From assembly GCA_001793095.1 (NCBI GenBank), contig MGHG01000005.1, positions 6,569 through 70,568 of the forward strand: a DNA stretch of 64,000 bases, written 5' to 3'. The DNA comes from Candidatus Woesebacteria bacterium RIFCSPLOWO2_01_FULL_39_23. GTDB lineage: Bacteria; Patescibacteriota; Microgenomatia; UBA8517. Shown here piece after piece: positions 38,845-50,473 of the stretch. The notes beneath the pieces were generated by a model that was not told where the DNA came from, ran no database searches, and worked only from the letters and a program-made list of their open reading frames with translations. Positions within the stretch are counted from its first letter, which is position 1. Each line of letters opens with the position of its first letter. Position numbers and translations under genes: made by a program.

Positions 38845-39780
38845 ATGAAAATTGTTGAATGGATCAAGAATAATAAATTTATAACTGTTGTTATTCTTGT
38901 TTTAGCCTACTTTTCTATAAATCTTTTCGAAAGCTTCTTTGGTGTAAATTTACGCTCTTTTAACTTGCCTAGCACAACTAAACAAATATCTACTCCAGAA
39001 TATTCATTAGGTACTGGCGGTATTGGCGGATCCTTCGGCTCCGTAATAATGCCCCCAACGAGAGATTATGCGCCACAAACCGATGTTGATGAGCGTCTTG
39101 TTATCCAGGAGTCAAGTCTATCCCTACTTGTTAAAGACGTCACCGACGTAAGAAATAAAATCGTTAAATATGCTCAGGATAACAGAGGCTATATGGTTAA
39201 TTCGAGCGTCTCCAATCCCCAGGATGCACCGACATCAACCGTGACTATACGCGTCCCGGCAGATAAATTAGAAAGCGCGCTTAACTATTTTCATTCATTG
39301 TCTGTCAAAGTAGTCTCGGAAAATCTGGTCGGGCGGGATGTTACTGACCAGTATGTGGATATTGATAAAAGAATCGCTCAGAACGAAAGAGCTATCAGCA
39401 AACTCGAAGCAATCCTAGATTCAGCCACAAAAGTCAGTGATATCACGAGCGTAACCCAGCAAATACTTACGTACCAAAATCAAATCGATGCCCTAAAAGG
39501 CCAACAGGACGCCCTTAAGAAAAATTCAGAGCTTGCCAAGCTTACTCTCTATCTTTCGACGGATGAGATTGCTCTTCCTTATGCACCCAGCGAAACCTTC
39601 AGACCTAAAGTTATATTCAAACTTGCCGTCAGGTCTCTTGTCGGAACCCTCAGAAAGTTAGCTACATTGGCCATATGGGCAGGAGTATACGCAGCCGTCT
39701 TTGTTCCGGCTATCATTATCATCAAACTTATCTGGAAGTGGTTGAAAAAAAGAAAGACTGAGGTGAGTAAAAGTGATTAA
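38845..39780 (+). CDS. DUF4349-family protein
   Basis: TIRVP, DVTDQYVD, coiled coil, C-terminal TM. Confidence 0.8.
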   Translation: MKIVEWIKNNKFITVVILVLAYFSINLFESFFGVNLRSFNLPSTTKQISTPEYSLGTGGIGGSFGSVIMPPTRDYAPQTDVDERLVIQESSLSLLVKDVTDVRNKIVKYAQDNRGYMVNSSVSNPQDAPTSTVTIRVPADKLESALNYFHSLSVKVVSENLVGRDVTDQYVDIDKRIAQNERAISKLEAILDSATKVSDITSVTQQILTYQNQIDALKGQQDALKKNSELAKLTLYLSTDEIALPYAPSETFRPKVIFKLAVRSLVGTLRKLATLAIWAGVYAAVFVPAIIIIKLIWKWLKKRKTEVSKSD

Positions 39781-39877
39781 ATATCAAAAAGGTTTCGTTA
39801 GTTTCTTTACACTATTGGTAATAGCTTTAGCTGTATTTATAGGAATCGGATTTTACGTCTATAGTATAAGATTTTAA
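39773..39877 (+). pseudogene. frameshifted remnant of a pilin-like (KGF) signal segment
   Basis: VIKYQKGFVS, then in another frame LTLLVIALAVFIGIGFYVY. Confidence 0.4.
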
Positions 39878-39889
39878 ATCGTCCGTAGA

Positions 39890-40918
39890 CTATTCCTTCC
39901 GTGCTACAACTTTCTTACAGGCTTCAATAATATCAGCCGACTTCATCTTGTATTTTTCTAAAAGCTCATCCGGCTCCCCTGATTCTCCAAAAGAGTCCGA
40001 CATACCGATAAATTCCATCGGAACCGGATAATTTTTAGCTAAAACTTCAGCAACTGCTCCTCCCAATCCTCCGTTTATTTGGTGTTCCTCTACAGTCACA
40101 ACAGCACCACATCTTTTGGCAGCATTTATTATAGTTTTCTCATCAATTGGTTTTATCGTATGGCAATTTATCACCATCGTAGTGACAGGGTCTGACCCTG
40201 TCATAAGATCATTTGCAGCCAATAAAGCTTCATGGACAAGAGGGCCACAAGCAACAATTGCAACGCTATTGGTAATCAGTAACTTGTGATCAGTGACTTG
40301 TGAAACAGAGTCCCAGAAAATTTCTGCTTTACCGATATTAAATGGGGTATAATCGGAAGTTATAACAGGTGTTGCCTCACGGGCAAATCTAATATAGGCT
40401 GGTTTTCCGTTTCCCGCCACCTCAAGAACTGCTTTTTTAGTTTCTATTGCATCGCAAGGTGCAATAACTATCATATTCGGCATTGCCCGCATAATTGCAA
40501 TATCCTCCAAGGCTTGATGTGTCGCCCCGTCCGGTCCGACCGAAATCCCCGCATGAGCTCCAGCAATCTTTACCGGTACATCATTCAAGGCTATTGTTGT
40601 CCGAATTTGTTCCCAATTCCTCCCCGGAGAAAAAGTGGCATAACTGGCTATAAAAGGAATTTTACCATAGTTTGCCATTCCCGCAGCTATCGTCGCCATC
40701 GCCTGCTCAGCAACACCTACTTCAATATAACGCTGGGGAAACTTTTCTTTGAAATAATATGCTCTTGTACTCTCACCAACGTCAGCGGAAAGAACAACTA
40801 CTCTCTCATCTTTCTCCCCAGCTTCAACTAATCCTTCACCAAAACCATTTCTGGTCGGTATTTTTTCAATACCCGCCTTAAATATTTTTTCTGATAACTT
40901 AGCTTTTGAATTAATCAT
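39890..40918 (-). CDS. transketolase, C-terminal subunit
   Basis: EVGVAEQ, GPDGATHQ, VEEH...GGLG. Confidence 0.93.
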   Translation of the reverse strand: MINSKAKLSEKIFKAGIEKIPTRNGFGEGLVEAGEKDERVVVLSADVGESTRAYYFKEKFPQRYIEVGVAEQAMATIAAGMANYGKIPFIASYATFSPGRNWEQIRTTIALNDVPVKIAGAHAGISVGPDGATHQALEDIAIMRAMPNMIVIAPCDAIETKKAVLEVAGNGKPAYIRFAREATPVITSDYTPFNIGKAEIFWDSVSQVTDHKLLITNSVAIVACGPLVHEALLAANDLMTGSDPVTTMVINCHTIKPIDEKTIINAAKRCGAVVTVEEHQINGGLGGAVAEVLAKNYPVPMEFIGMSDSFGESGEPDELLEKYKMKSADIIEACKKVVARKE

Positions 40919-41158
40919 TTAATTCCCCAGATTATAAATTGGGCTAATCAAGTAGTTTGCAATAACTGCTGAAATTAATCCGTATAGGAAAAATATACCT
41001 GTACCAATAATTATTACTAACTTATAATTGCCTCCTCTCTTTTTCTTATAAATTGCCAAACCAATTGTTCCTAAAAATATTAAAGGGTATCCCCACATTC
41101 CCAGGGAGGCTATTTGCCCCATCAAATTCAGTCTTCCTTGGTAATCAAAATTATTCAT
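40919..41158 (-). CDS. small two-TM protein between the transketolase halves
   Basis: ORF track; overlaps or abuts both neighbours. Confidence 0.55.
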   Translation of the reverse strand: MNNFDYQGRLNLMGQIASLGMWGYPLIFLGTIGLAIYKKKRGGNYKLVIIIGTGIFFLYGLISAVIANYLISPIYNLGN

Positions 41159-42041
41159 GTTCGCTTTTAATTTTTCCTCTCAATGTTCTCAATTCTTGTA
41201 ATGCTTTTTTGGCTTCTTCCGGATTTGGTGGCTTGCCATGCCATTCCCATCTTCCTTCCATAAAATCAACTCCCTTACCGGGAATGGTATGACAAATTAT
41301 TACCGTTGGATTTTCAGCAATGGCTTTTGCCATATTTGCGGCCTCAATTATTGTCTCGATGCTATGACCATCCACCTCTATTACACTCCAGTTAAATGCT
41401 TCATATTTCGCCTTCAAGGGTTCAAGAGGCATAATCTCTTCTGTATACCCGGAAATTTGGATATTATTACGATCAACAAAGGACGTTAGATTGGACAAAT
41501 TATTTTTTCCAGCAAAGGCAACCGCTTCCCAGTGATTGCCCTCCTGATGTTCGGCATCAGAAGTTATACAAAAAACCCTGAATGTAGCTTGTGCTGAGGA
41601 CGTTCGGCTGAGCTCAGTCGAAGCCCTTGTCGAAGCACCCATGCGGCTAGCATAAGCATATCCCGCAGCCTGGGCTAACCCGGATCCCAGTGGACCCGAC
41701 GTTGTTTCAATTCCCGGCAATCTTTGCCTTTCCGGATGACCCTGGAGTTTACTCCCTAACTTTCTTAATGTAGCCAGTTCTTTGTGAGAGAAAAAGCCGG
41801 CGTGTGCAAGAGTTGCATAAAGCACCGGGCAAATATGGCCGTTTGAAAGAATTAATCTGTCTCTCTCTTCCCAATTGGGTTTAGCGGGATCATAAGTCAT
41901 GACACCGCCGAAATATAATGCTGTAAAAACATCCGCCATGCCTAGCGGCCCCGCGGAATGGCCGCTCCCTGCCTTTAGAAGCATCTTCACAATATCTTGT
42001 CTAATCTCATTGGCCTTAGCTTGCAGATCATTAATGCCCAT
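41151..42041 (-). CDS. transketolase, N-terminal subunit
   Basis: SGH..G.L, RDRLILSNGH, LQGHP, SGPLGSGL, WHGK. Confidence 0.93.
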   Translation of the reverse strand: MGINDLQAKANEIRQDIVKMLLKAGSGHSAGPLGMADVFTALYFGGVMTYDPAKPNWEERDRLILSNGHICPVLYATLAHAGFFSHKELATLRKLGSKLQGHPERQRLPGIETTSGPLGSGLAQAAGYAYASRMGASTRASTELSRTSSAQATFRVFCITSDAEHQEGNHWEAVAFAGKNNLSNLTSFVDRNNIQISGYTEEIMPLEPLKAKYEAFNWSVIEVDGHSIETIIEAANMAKAIAENPTVIICHTIPGKGVDFMEGRWEWHGKPPNPEEAKKALQELRTLRGKIKSEHE

Positions 42042-42050
42042 CCAGCCATC

Positions 42051-42635
42051 CTACCTTCCCATTTTTTTCTCAAATCTTCTAATTACTGGAATGATGTCTT
42101 CCTTTCTTTCAACAATCTCAAATACCTTCATTTCGTCTCCACCAAGGCTCAGGTGCTTTCTCAACACATCGATAATTTCCGGCCAAAAATCACCGTAAAG
42201 AATAAAAGGTTTATGGTGACCATAATATAGTTTAGCCAGAACCCAGGCCGTACCAAATTCACTCACGGTACCAGAACCACCCCGGAAAATAATATACATG
42301 TCGGCATGCTCTAAAAGCTTAAACATCCTCTCAATATAATTTGTTGTTTTTATCTCGACATCAACTATATTTCCGATATATCTCCCCTCAAATCCGGGAG
42401 CATCTTTCGGATAAAAAGTAACAGCAAGCGTCTCTCCCCCTACTGCTTCAGCGCCCTTTGTCGATGCATCCATCACACCAGGCCCCCCGCCATTCACAAT
42501 AGTGAAACCCTCTTCTGCAAGCATCTGCGCAATCTGATATGCATCTTTATAAACCCGGCCTGACTCCTTTGCTTCAGCATCTCCAAAGAAAGCAATATTC
42601 TTGATAAGCTGTTTAACAATCTTTTTGTCGTTCAT
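42051..42635 (-). CDS. LOG-family protein
   Basis: NGGGPGVMDA, GGSGT..E. Confidence 0.85.
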   Translation of the reverse strand: MNDKKIVKQLIKNIAFFGDAEAKESGRVYKDAYQIAQMLAEEGFTIVNGGGPGVMDASTKGAEAVGGETLAVTFYPKDAPGFEGRYIGNIVDVEIKTTNYIERMFKLLEHADMYIIFRGGSGTVSEFGTAWVLAKLYYGHHKPFILYGDFWPEIIDVLRKHLSLGGDEMKVFEIVERKEDIIPVIRRFEKKMGR

Positions 42636-42668
42636 AAAAATAATAGTTAACTCGTTAATCAGAGAAGG

Positions 42669-44487
<1,819 letters not shown>

Positions 44488-44600
44488 TTATAATTTAAGT
44501 ATACAGTCAAACCACAAGCATAAGAAAGAAGTACCCATCTCCAAAATATTATAAAGGATGTAATAGTATGAATAATCATAAGCATGTTATAATTCCCTAA

Positions 44601-45002
44601 ATGACAGAAACAAACGAAAACGATAATAAGAGGTTGTCACTTAGAGAGCAATTATCTAATCCTATAATTTATCGTAATGCTGCTAGTTGGCTTCGTGCCC
44701 AATCTGATAAAGATGTCAATATAGATCCGGCTAAATTACATAATACAACCCTTACAGCTTTAGCTATTGGAATGTGGACGACAGCCGGATTAATGGCAGT
44801 TCATAAAACAGAAACGGGTAGTGATAGTGATCCAAAAGTGTTAATCGATGGTGGCCTAACGGCACTTCAAGCATCGGGTATTTTGATTTTGGGTATGGAA
44901 CAACAGCCGGAAAAAGTAAAATTATCAACAGCAGTTTTACCTCTTTTAGCTAAATCTTTAGATAGGATTGCAGAAAGACTTGAGAGCAGAAAAACTTCTT
45001 AG
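44601..45002 (+). CDS. hypothetical protein
   Basis: ORF track; TATAAT 7 nt upstream of ATG. Confidence 0.55.
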   Translation: MTETNENDNKRLSLREQLSNPIIYRNAASWLRAQSDKDVNIDPAKLHNTTLTALAIGMWTTAGLMAVHKTETGSDSDPKVLIDGGLTALQASGILILGMEQQPEKVKLSTAVLPLLAKSLDRIAERLESRKTS

Positions 45003-46015
45003 CTCTTTAGCGCTTCAATTCCAGGTAAAGTGCCTTTTGCCAAAAACTCAAGCATTGCCCCACCGCCGACCGAAATCCAGTCAAAGCGCTCATTTAAACC
45101 GAATTCTGTAATCGCTGCTTCAGCATCTCCCCCCCCTGCCAATTTGAAGGCAGAAGAGGCTGCTATAGCCTCAAAGACTTCCTTCGTTCCTTGTCTGTGA
45201 CCTTCGTCCTCATATTTCCCCGGTACTCCTGCTACAACAAGTGTGCCAGCCTTCGCGATCTCTTCTTTAAACTTTTCAATAGTGTGAATCGTAATATCTT
45301 CGTTGTCTGGAACAAGTTGCCCTAAAATAATTTTTTCAGGGTTTGAGTTATCCTCGCCAAATAATAAAGGCAGCTTTCCTCCAACCAATATTTTATCGGC
45401 AATCCTGGTGAAACTTTTTATATACCCTACTTTATCTTGTTTTATTCCCCCAACAACTAACACTACAGGCCTTTTAGGACTAACAAGCACCCGATTTAAA
45501 TTCTCGACTTCTTTTATAAACCTGAAACCTGCTGCATGAGGTATCAATTTAGGGATTCCTACAATAGAAGCGTGTTCTCTATGTGAATTAGCAAATGCCT
45601 CATTTATGTAAACATCTCCCAAGTTAGCCAAGTCCTTAGCAAAATTTTCGTCATTTTCTTCCTCGCCTTTATCAAATCTTAAGTTTTCTAAAAGCAAAAT
45701 ATTACCTTCCCCTAACATCTTGACTCTTTTTTCGACTTCGTACCCAGTAATATCATGGAAAAAATTTACTCTCTCTCCTACAATTCCACCGAGAACTTGG
45801 GCAATGGACGAGAGGGATAATTCCGGCAGTCTCTCTCCTTCTGGCCTTCCTTTATGACCAATAAGAATAAGTCGCGCTCTTTTGGAAACTAAATAGTCTA
45901 AAGTCTCCTCCGCGAACTCTAAGCGAGTGTAATCATCTTCTACATCAAGATCCATTCTTACAATTACTCTTTTTCCACTAACATCTATATCCTTTAGTTC
46001 TGGTAAATTAATCAT
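44999..46015 (-). CDS. pgk: phosphoglycerate kinase (short form)
   Basis: GKRVIVR.D, LLENLRF, NEAF..SHR.HAS, GGGD, SVGGGA.LEFL. Confidence 0.93.
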   Translation of the reverse strand: MINLPELKDIDVSGKRVIVRMDLDVEDDYTRLEFAEETLDYLVSKRARLILIGHKGRPEGERLPELSLSSIAQVLGGIVGERVNFFHDITGYEVEKRVKMLGEGNILLLENLRFDKGEEENDENFAKDLANLGDVYINEAFANSHREHASIVGIPKLIPHAAGFRFIKEVENLNRVLVSPKRPVVLVVGGIKQDKVGYIKSFTRIADKILVGGKLPLLFGEDNSNPEKIILGQLVPDNEDITIHTIEKFKEEIAKAGTLVVAGVPGKYEDEGHRQGTKEVFEAIAASSAFKLAGGGDAEAAITEFGLNERFDWISVGGGAMLEFLAKGTLPGIEALKS

Positions 46016-46040
46016 ATTTATAAGTATGGATTATGTAGTA

Positions 46041-46111
46041 CCTGCCCGCAAGTACCCGGCCCGAAGTTGCTTCATCGCTGCAAGCGGGTACGCACAAGCG
46101 TTGCAGGCGGG
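46041..46111 (+). repeat. nested palindromic repeat (CCTGCCCGC...GCAGGCGGG family)
   Basis: Related copies at 7231-7269, 32761-32820 and 62825-62860. Confidence 0.65.
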
Positions 46112-46212
46112 TGTAGCAAGCAACATGTAGTATGCAATAACTTTTGAACTAGTAAGATAAGTTGACAACCAAACATAATTATATATACTATAAGGTATAT
46201 CCATTAAAGTTT

Positions 46213-46473
46213 ATGGAAAGAACGTCTTTATTTGGTTCCGAAGAAACTGCCCTGTATCTAGCAGTTGCCGAAGTTGAAAAGTCCTTTTTGGGTTCAGGGC
46301 CTCAGAATGAGCGACAGGTTGTGTAATTAAGGAATCGGGTTGATAGTATTTTAAGTTCTATTGGTGGTATCAGCGGAGACACGCCAGCAATTGCGTTTTT
46401 AATGAGAGGTTTTCAACGAGTCAAGGGTACCCGAAACTCAAAAGTTCCGTTCGAAGAATGGTTAAAAGGTTAA
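46213..46473 (+). pseudogene. orphan ORF (MERTSLF...) interrupted by an in-frame TAA at 46324-46326
   Basis: The frame is otherwise open for 86 codons; TTGACA...TATACT promoter upstream. Confidence 0.45.
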
Positions 46474-46660
46474 TAGCCATTCGTTATCTGCTTCGATCTT
46501 TTCGATATCCAAAAGCCTTCTTTTACACCCTATCTCTTATATTATCAACTTTCGTTGATGTATCGTTGTGTTTCCGAATATAAGTTTTATAATTCAACCC
46601 AGAAGTTCCTTATGAGCATAGAAAAAGCATCGCATTGTAATATAGAAATAGTATAAAACC

Positions 46661-47110
46661 ATGGAGAGAGAACCTTTATTCAAAGTAATAAAACCACGGT
46701 TAAGGCAAAGAATTAGTGACCCGATAAAAATCTCCTATGTCGACGATGACAAATGGGCAGTTGATGGCCAAACTAACATTCTTTCAAGAAAAGGGTATGA
46801 AGTTACGGGGTTTCAAGTTATTTATCGACCGGGAGTTAGAATTCAAGAAAAACAAATTGAAACACTTATCGAAAAGATCGCTCAAAGTTCTATGCTATCT
46901 ATAGTTGATTTAGGATTGGGAAGTATTAATACTCACGCATTACTTGATAATCTGAAAAGCAAAGGCGTATTAACAATTATTTTAACAGGTGCTATCTCGC
47001 GGGCTGAAAGACTCGAGGAATTTGAGGGTGTTTCCAATCTAATATTATCTAAACCACTAAGGAGAAATGAATTAGACGAAGCAATTAAAAAAGTTCTTCA
47101 TATTTCTTAA
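46661..47110 (+). CDS. response-regulator receiver-like protein
   Basis: YVDDD, IVDLGL, IILTG, SKP. Confidence 0.65.
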   Translation: MEREPLFKVIKPRLRQRISDPIKISYVDDDKWAVDGQTNILSRKGYEVTGFQVIYRPGVRIQEKQIETLIEKIAQSSMLSIVDLGLGSINTHALLDNLKSKGVLTIILTGAISRAERLEEFEGVSNLILSKPLRRNELDEAIKKVLHIS

Positions 47111-47142
47111 TTATTTTCTTTCACCTTGACTTCAGAAATATT

Positions 47143-47436
47143 GTGATTATAATTCCAGGTATTATGACTCCAAAAGAACTACTTGCAAAAAGATGTCGTA
47201 ACTGCCGTTTGGCTACACCTTTTTTAGCAGAATATACGGAACAAAGGCGAACTGTCTTTAGTATTAACGGTGTTGTTGTTAATAAGAGTAGCAATTCCGA
47301 ATCTAGTAAACCTAAAATTATACTTCAAAGAAATTGTACCAGGGCATATCCGCTTATTGATACCGTACCGGCTTTTGACAAATGTATTTCTCCTAGAGAA
47401 TTCGAAGCTCACCCCATTATTGAAGCTAGTTCTTAG
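47143..47436 (+). CDS. hypothetical Cys-containing protein
   Basis: ORF track; CRNC...C...C. Confidence 0.45.
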   Translation: MIIIPGIMTPKELLAKRCRNCRLATPFLAEYTEQRRTVFSINGVVVNKSSNSESSKPKIILQRNCTRAYPLIDTVPAFDKCISPREFEAHPIIEASS

Positions 47437-47567
47437 CTTCAATATTCTCTATATCCAGAAGTCTTTTTTACCAATTTGTTGGCCAGGTGCAGTTAATTAT
47501 TTTCTTCAAGTTTCTTTATTTCGTCTAACCTGTGCTTATACCTTGCAACGAGATAAGTTTTATCCCC

Positions 47568-47834
47568 TTAAACGGTCTCTCTTAATCCACGATGAATATA
47601 CTGTTTAATCAAAGATTGATAAGGAATATCTTTTTGGTGTGCTTTCATCTTAACTCTACTTAACAAAGAGTCAGGAATTCTTATTGTAATCGGTGTAGAC
47701 GTGAGTTTTAAATTCGGGAATATCCACTTTTCTGCTTTTGACCAATCTACATACTCGGTCGAATCAACTTTCTGCCAAAAAAGTCTTTCTTCTTTTTCCG
47801 TCTTGAATTTAGGTATTTTTTTTAATTTTTTCAT
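47568..47834 (-). CDS. BrnA/CopG-type antitoxin
   Basis: IPKFKTE.EE..FW...DS...ITIRIP...IPYQSLIK. Confidence 0.85.
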   Translation of the reverse strand: MKKLKKIPKFKTEKEERLFWQKVDSTEYVDWSKAEKWIFPNLKLTSTPITIRIPDSLLSRVKMKAHQKDIPYQSLIKQYIHRGLRETV

Positions 47835-48120
47835 ATCTTTCCACCTCCTTTAGATGCATTCTTCTTGCTGAAATAACACGAACTTTGCCTTTCCTAAAAG
47901 TAAAAACTACAAATACATTTACTTTTTCTAACGTCTTACCCGCAATAATAAATCTCTCTTCTTTTTGAGAATGTTTTATATCCGGTAAAACTATAGATTC
48001 GCTGTCCGTAAACACTTCTTCCGTCTCTTTTGGTAAAATTCCGTGTTTTAAATAACTTTTATCTAAATTCCACTTGTCCCAATCAAATTCCAAAACTTTA
48101 CCTTTAACTCTAGCCTGCAT
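47809..48120 (-). CDS. BrnT-family toxin
   Basis: FDWD..N..K...KHGI...EEVF...HS..EER...VRVISAR. Confidence 0.88.
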   Translation of the reverse strand: MQARVKGKVLEFDWDKWNLDKSYLKHGILPKETEEVFTDSESIVLPDIKHSQKEERFIIAGKTLEKVNVFVVFTFRKGKVRVISARRMHLKEVERYEKIKKNT

Positions 48121-48231
48121 TGTACATACTATATATGTACATGTTTAAATTGTCAAGTCATTTTTATATTTGTTTCTTGTCATTATCAGCTTTTAACCTT
48201 GACATTCACACACAGTCCTATAATACAAGAT

Positions 48232-48441
48232 ATGAAATACGATCACGAACAATCAATGGATATTGGTGCGAGGATTGAAAGAATGGTAGCTAGAGCAACG
48301 ACCCATCAAGTTCTTACTAATCTCGCAACTGAACTCGAAGCTCAGGGAAAACCAATTCCCGCTCAAGAATTGCGAGAGGCGGGCAAAAGTTTCTATCAAA
48401 AAGCTTTAGCTCGTGATAAAAAACTTGCGTCTTCCACGTAA
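48232..48441 (+). CDS. hypothetical protein
   Basis: TTGACA-N-TATAAT promoter immediately before ATG 48232. Confidence 0.55.
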   Translation: MKYDHEQSMDIGARIERMVARATTHQVLTNLATELEAQGKPIPAQELREAGKSFYQKALARDKKLASST

Positions 48442-48474
48442 ATTCTCTTTATCAACTAGTAGTTCTCCTCAATC

Positions 48475-48696
48475 CTATTTCTCATTGGGTTCAATTGTAC
48501 CTATAACCTCTCCCTCTGCGTTCACCAAATCTATTGGAACCGAGGTTCTGACCACACCCCGCTCTTTAAAAAAACCAAGAATGGTCTCATCAATATGTTC
48601 GCTTCGCCGTCTATTATGTTCTTCCCATTTCCTTCTCCATTCCTCATGCAACTTCTGCTTTCCTCTTCTTCCAAATAATTCAAACAATCTATCCAT
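48475..48696 (-). CDS. hypothetical protein
   Basis: ORF track; GGAGG upstream. Confidence 0.5.
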   Translation of the reverse strand: MDRLFELFGRRGKQKLHEEWRRKWEEHNRRRSEHIDETILGFFKERGVVRTSVPIDLVNAEGEVIGTIEPNEK

Positions 48697-48710
48697 ATCA
48701 CCCCCCCTCC

Positions 48711-49160
48711 TTAATTATTTTCTTCAATCCTCTTAATATCCTCTAACCTTCTCGTGTGTCTTGCGGCCTTGTCGAATTTTGTTTCAAGAAACACTTTTAA
48801 CATATTTTTCGCCTCAATCTCGCTCGTAAAATCAGCTGCAATTACCAAAACATTCATGTCGTCATCTTCTCTTCCTGCCTTAACCTGTTCAACAGACTTC
48901 CCGATTGACGCGCGGACACCGTCGAATTTGTTGGCAACCACATCAACCCCCACTCCGGAGCCACATAATAGAATCCCACGGGAATCTTTATTGTCTGCGA
49001 CGAGTGAGGCAACTTCCGAAGCGTATTTTGTATAATCATCATCCGGATCCAAATGGTCTGCTCCGACATCAGTAAATACATATCTCCACTCAAAGAGCCA
49101 TTTTGCTATTTTTTCTTTTAGACTATACCCACGATGGTCTGAGCCCAAGTATACTTTCAT
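48711..49160 (-). CDS. rpiB: ribose-5-phosphate isomerase B
   Basis: GSDHRG, DDY, LCGSGVG, ANKF.GVRA, RH.RR. Confidence 0.93.
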   Translation of the reverse strand: MKVYLGSDHRGYSLKEKIAKWLFEWRYVFTDVGADHLDPDDDYTKYASEVASLVADNKDSRGILLCGSGVGVDVVANKFDGVRASIGKSVEQVKAGREDDDMNVLVIAADFTSEIEAKNMLKVFLETKFDKAARHTRRLEDIKRIEENN

Positions 49161-49162
49161 AA

Positions 49163-49303
49163 CTAGATAGCCTGACTAGCCCCACACAAACGACATTGTG
49201 ACGCGAGGACGCCCACCTGCCAACGACTGGCACTGTCGGGCTGGTAGACCTCGGGAACAACGAGTTTTGTGCTGGGGTGATCCGCACCTATGTAAACTTT
49301 CAT
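49163..49303 (-). pseudogene. remnant of a second rpiB (MKVYIGADH) replaced by nested palindromic repeats
   Basis: The first 9 codons match the adjacent rpiB (MKVYLGSDH); repeat-derived sequence follows. Confidence 0.6.
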
Positions 49304-49345
49304 ATTTTAACTTTTGTAATTTTGATATGCACGTGCATATCAAAA

Positions 49346-49999
49346 TTATAGTCTAAAACCGCTCGCCAGATTTTCTATTACCTCATTTGGATCCAAAGCA
49401 AGAACAACCGCAGAAGCCACGCCAATTCCCTTCGCCCCAAGTTTCAAGCTCACCCGGACATCTTCAACGTCTTTTATTCCGGCGCCCACTAAAATCGGAG
49501 TATTGGGAATTGCGTTGACAACTTTTTCAATAATTTCAGGTTTTGCTTTGGCAACAGATGTGTCTTTGGAGGCAACCAACTCTGGCGGTTCATAACCAAT
49601 CCAATTGGGCTTAAATTTAGCGACTTCAATAGATTCCTCTAGAGAGTCTGCAAATATTAAAACTTCTAATCCCAAGTTCCTTACCTTCTCCACAGTCTTG
49701 CCTAGATCCTCATAGCTTAACTTATGCTCAGAATGGTTGAGAATTACGCCTACGGCCCCTGCGTCTTTGACAATCTCCGGAGGAGTCCAACCTGTCGCAC
49801 GCCCCCGTTCCACAAAATCAACATGTTGAGCCCAAGCTCCTTCGGGTAGAATTTTAGCAACTTCCTTAAGATCAGCAAATTGCGGACAAGCAACTGTGCG
49901 GATATTATATTTCCCTCCTGCCTCCAATAAATATCCAGCCAACTTGACAGCTTCCCCGCCGGAAGACGCTTTATAGGTTTTATGATTAACAAGAAGCAT
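49346..49999 (-). CDS. tpiA: triosephosphate isomerase, archaeal type
   Basis: VNHKTY, AQHVD, LNHSE, YEPPEL, VGAGI. Confidence 0.9.
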   Translation of the reverse strand: MLLVNHKTYKASSGGEAVKLAGYLLEAGGKYNIRTVACPQFADLKEVAKILPEGAWAQHVDFVERGRATGWTPPEIVKDAGAVGVILNHSEHKLSYEDLGKTVEKVRNLGLEVLIFADSLEESIEVAKFKPNWIGYEPPELVASKDTSVAKAKPEIIEKVVNAIPNTPILVGAGIKDVEDVRVSLKLGAKGIGVASAVVLALDPNEVIENLASGFRL

Positions 50000-50037
50000 T
50001 AAAACTAGTGTATCACGGTTTAGAAAATTAGATTTAA

Positions 50038-50310
50038 TTAGGCTGTTACTACATCACCATCTATTAAGCCCAGAATTGAGTTGATCTTTCCTTTATCAAA
50101 ACCTATTACCGTTTCTTTAGTTCCGTCGTCTTTCTCAATTGCAATGAAGGGTACTCCCATAAACCCACCCGAGACTGTCTCCATCTCTTCTTTAGCTGCT
50201 TCATCCTGATCAATTAACTTCTCCAAATATGCAATTCCCTTCTCGTCGAAATAATCTTTGAGCATTTTGCAATAAGGACATGTAGTTGTTGAATAAATAA
50301 TTACTTGCAT
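50038..50310 (-). CDS. glutaredoxin/NrdH-like redoxin
   Basis: CPYC, GVP, GFD. Confidence 0.9.
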   Translation of the reverse strand: MQVIIYSTTTCPYCKMLKDYFDEKGIAYLEKLIDQDEAAKEEMETVSGGFMGVPFIAIEKDDGTKETVIGFDKGKINSILGLIDGDVVTA

Positions 50311-50473
50311 TAATAACTCACCTCCAAGTGAGATATCTCTTCAAGATCTCACGGAATACCGTTAGATACGATTACCCTAACTGAAACCTAAAGAAGATTA
50401 ACACGAGTTCATAACACGCTACAAGACCCGTATTTCGGGTCTAGTAGCATATACTATAGTCTTGACAGAAAGA

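Noticed and set aside
46324-46326. Stop-codon recoding (code 25 or readthrough)
   Set aside because: The interrupting codon is TAA, and TGA terminates several clear genes, so the standard code applies; a pseudogene or a sequence error is more likely.
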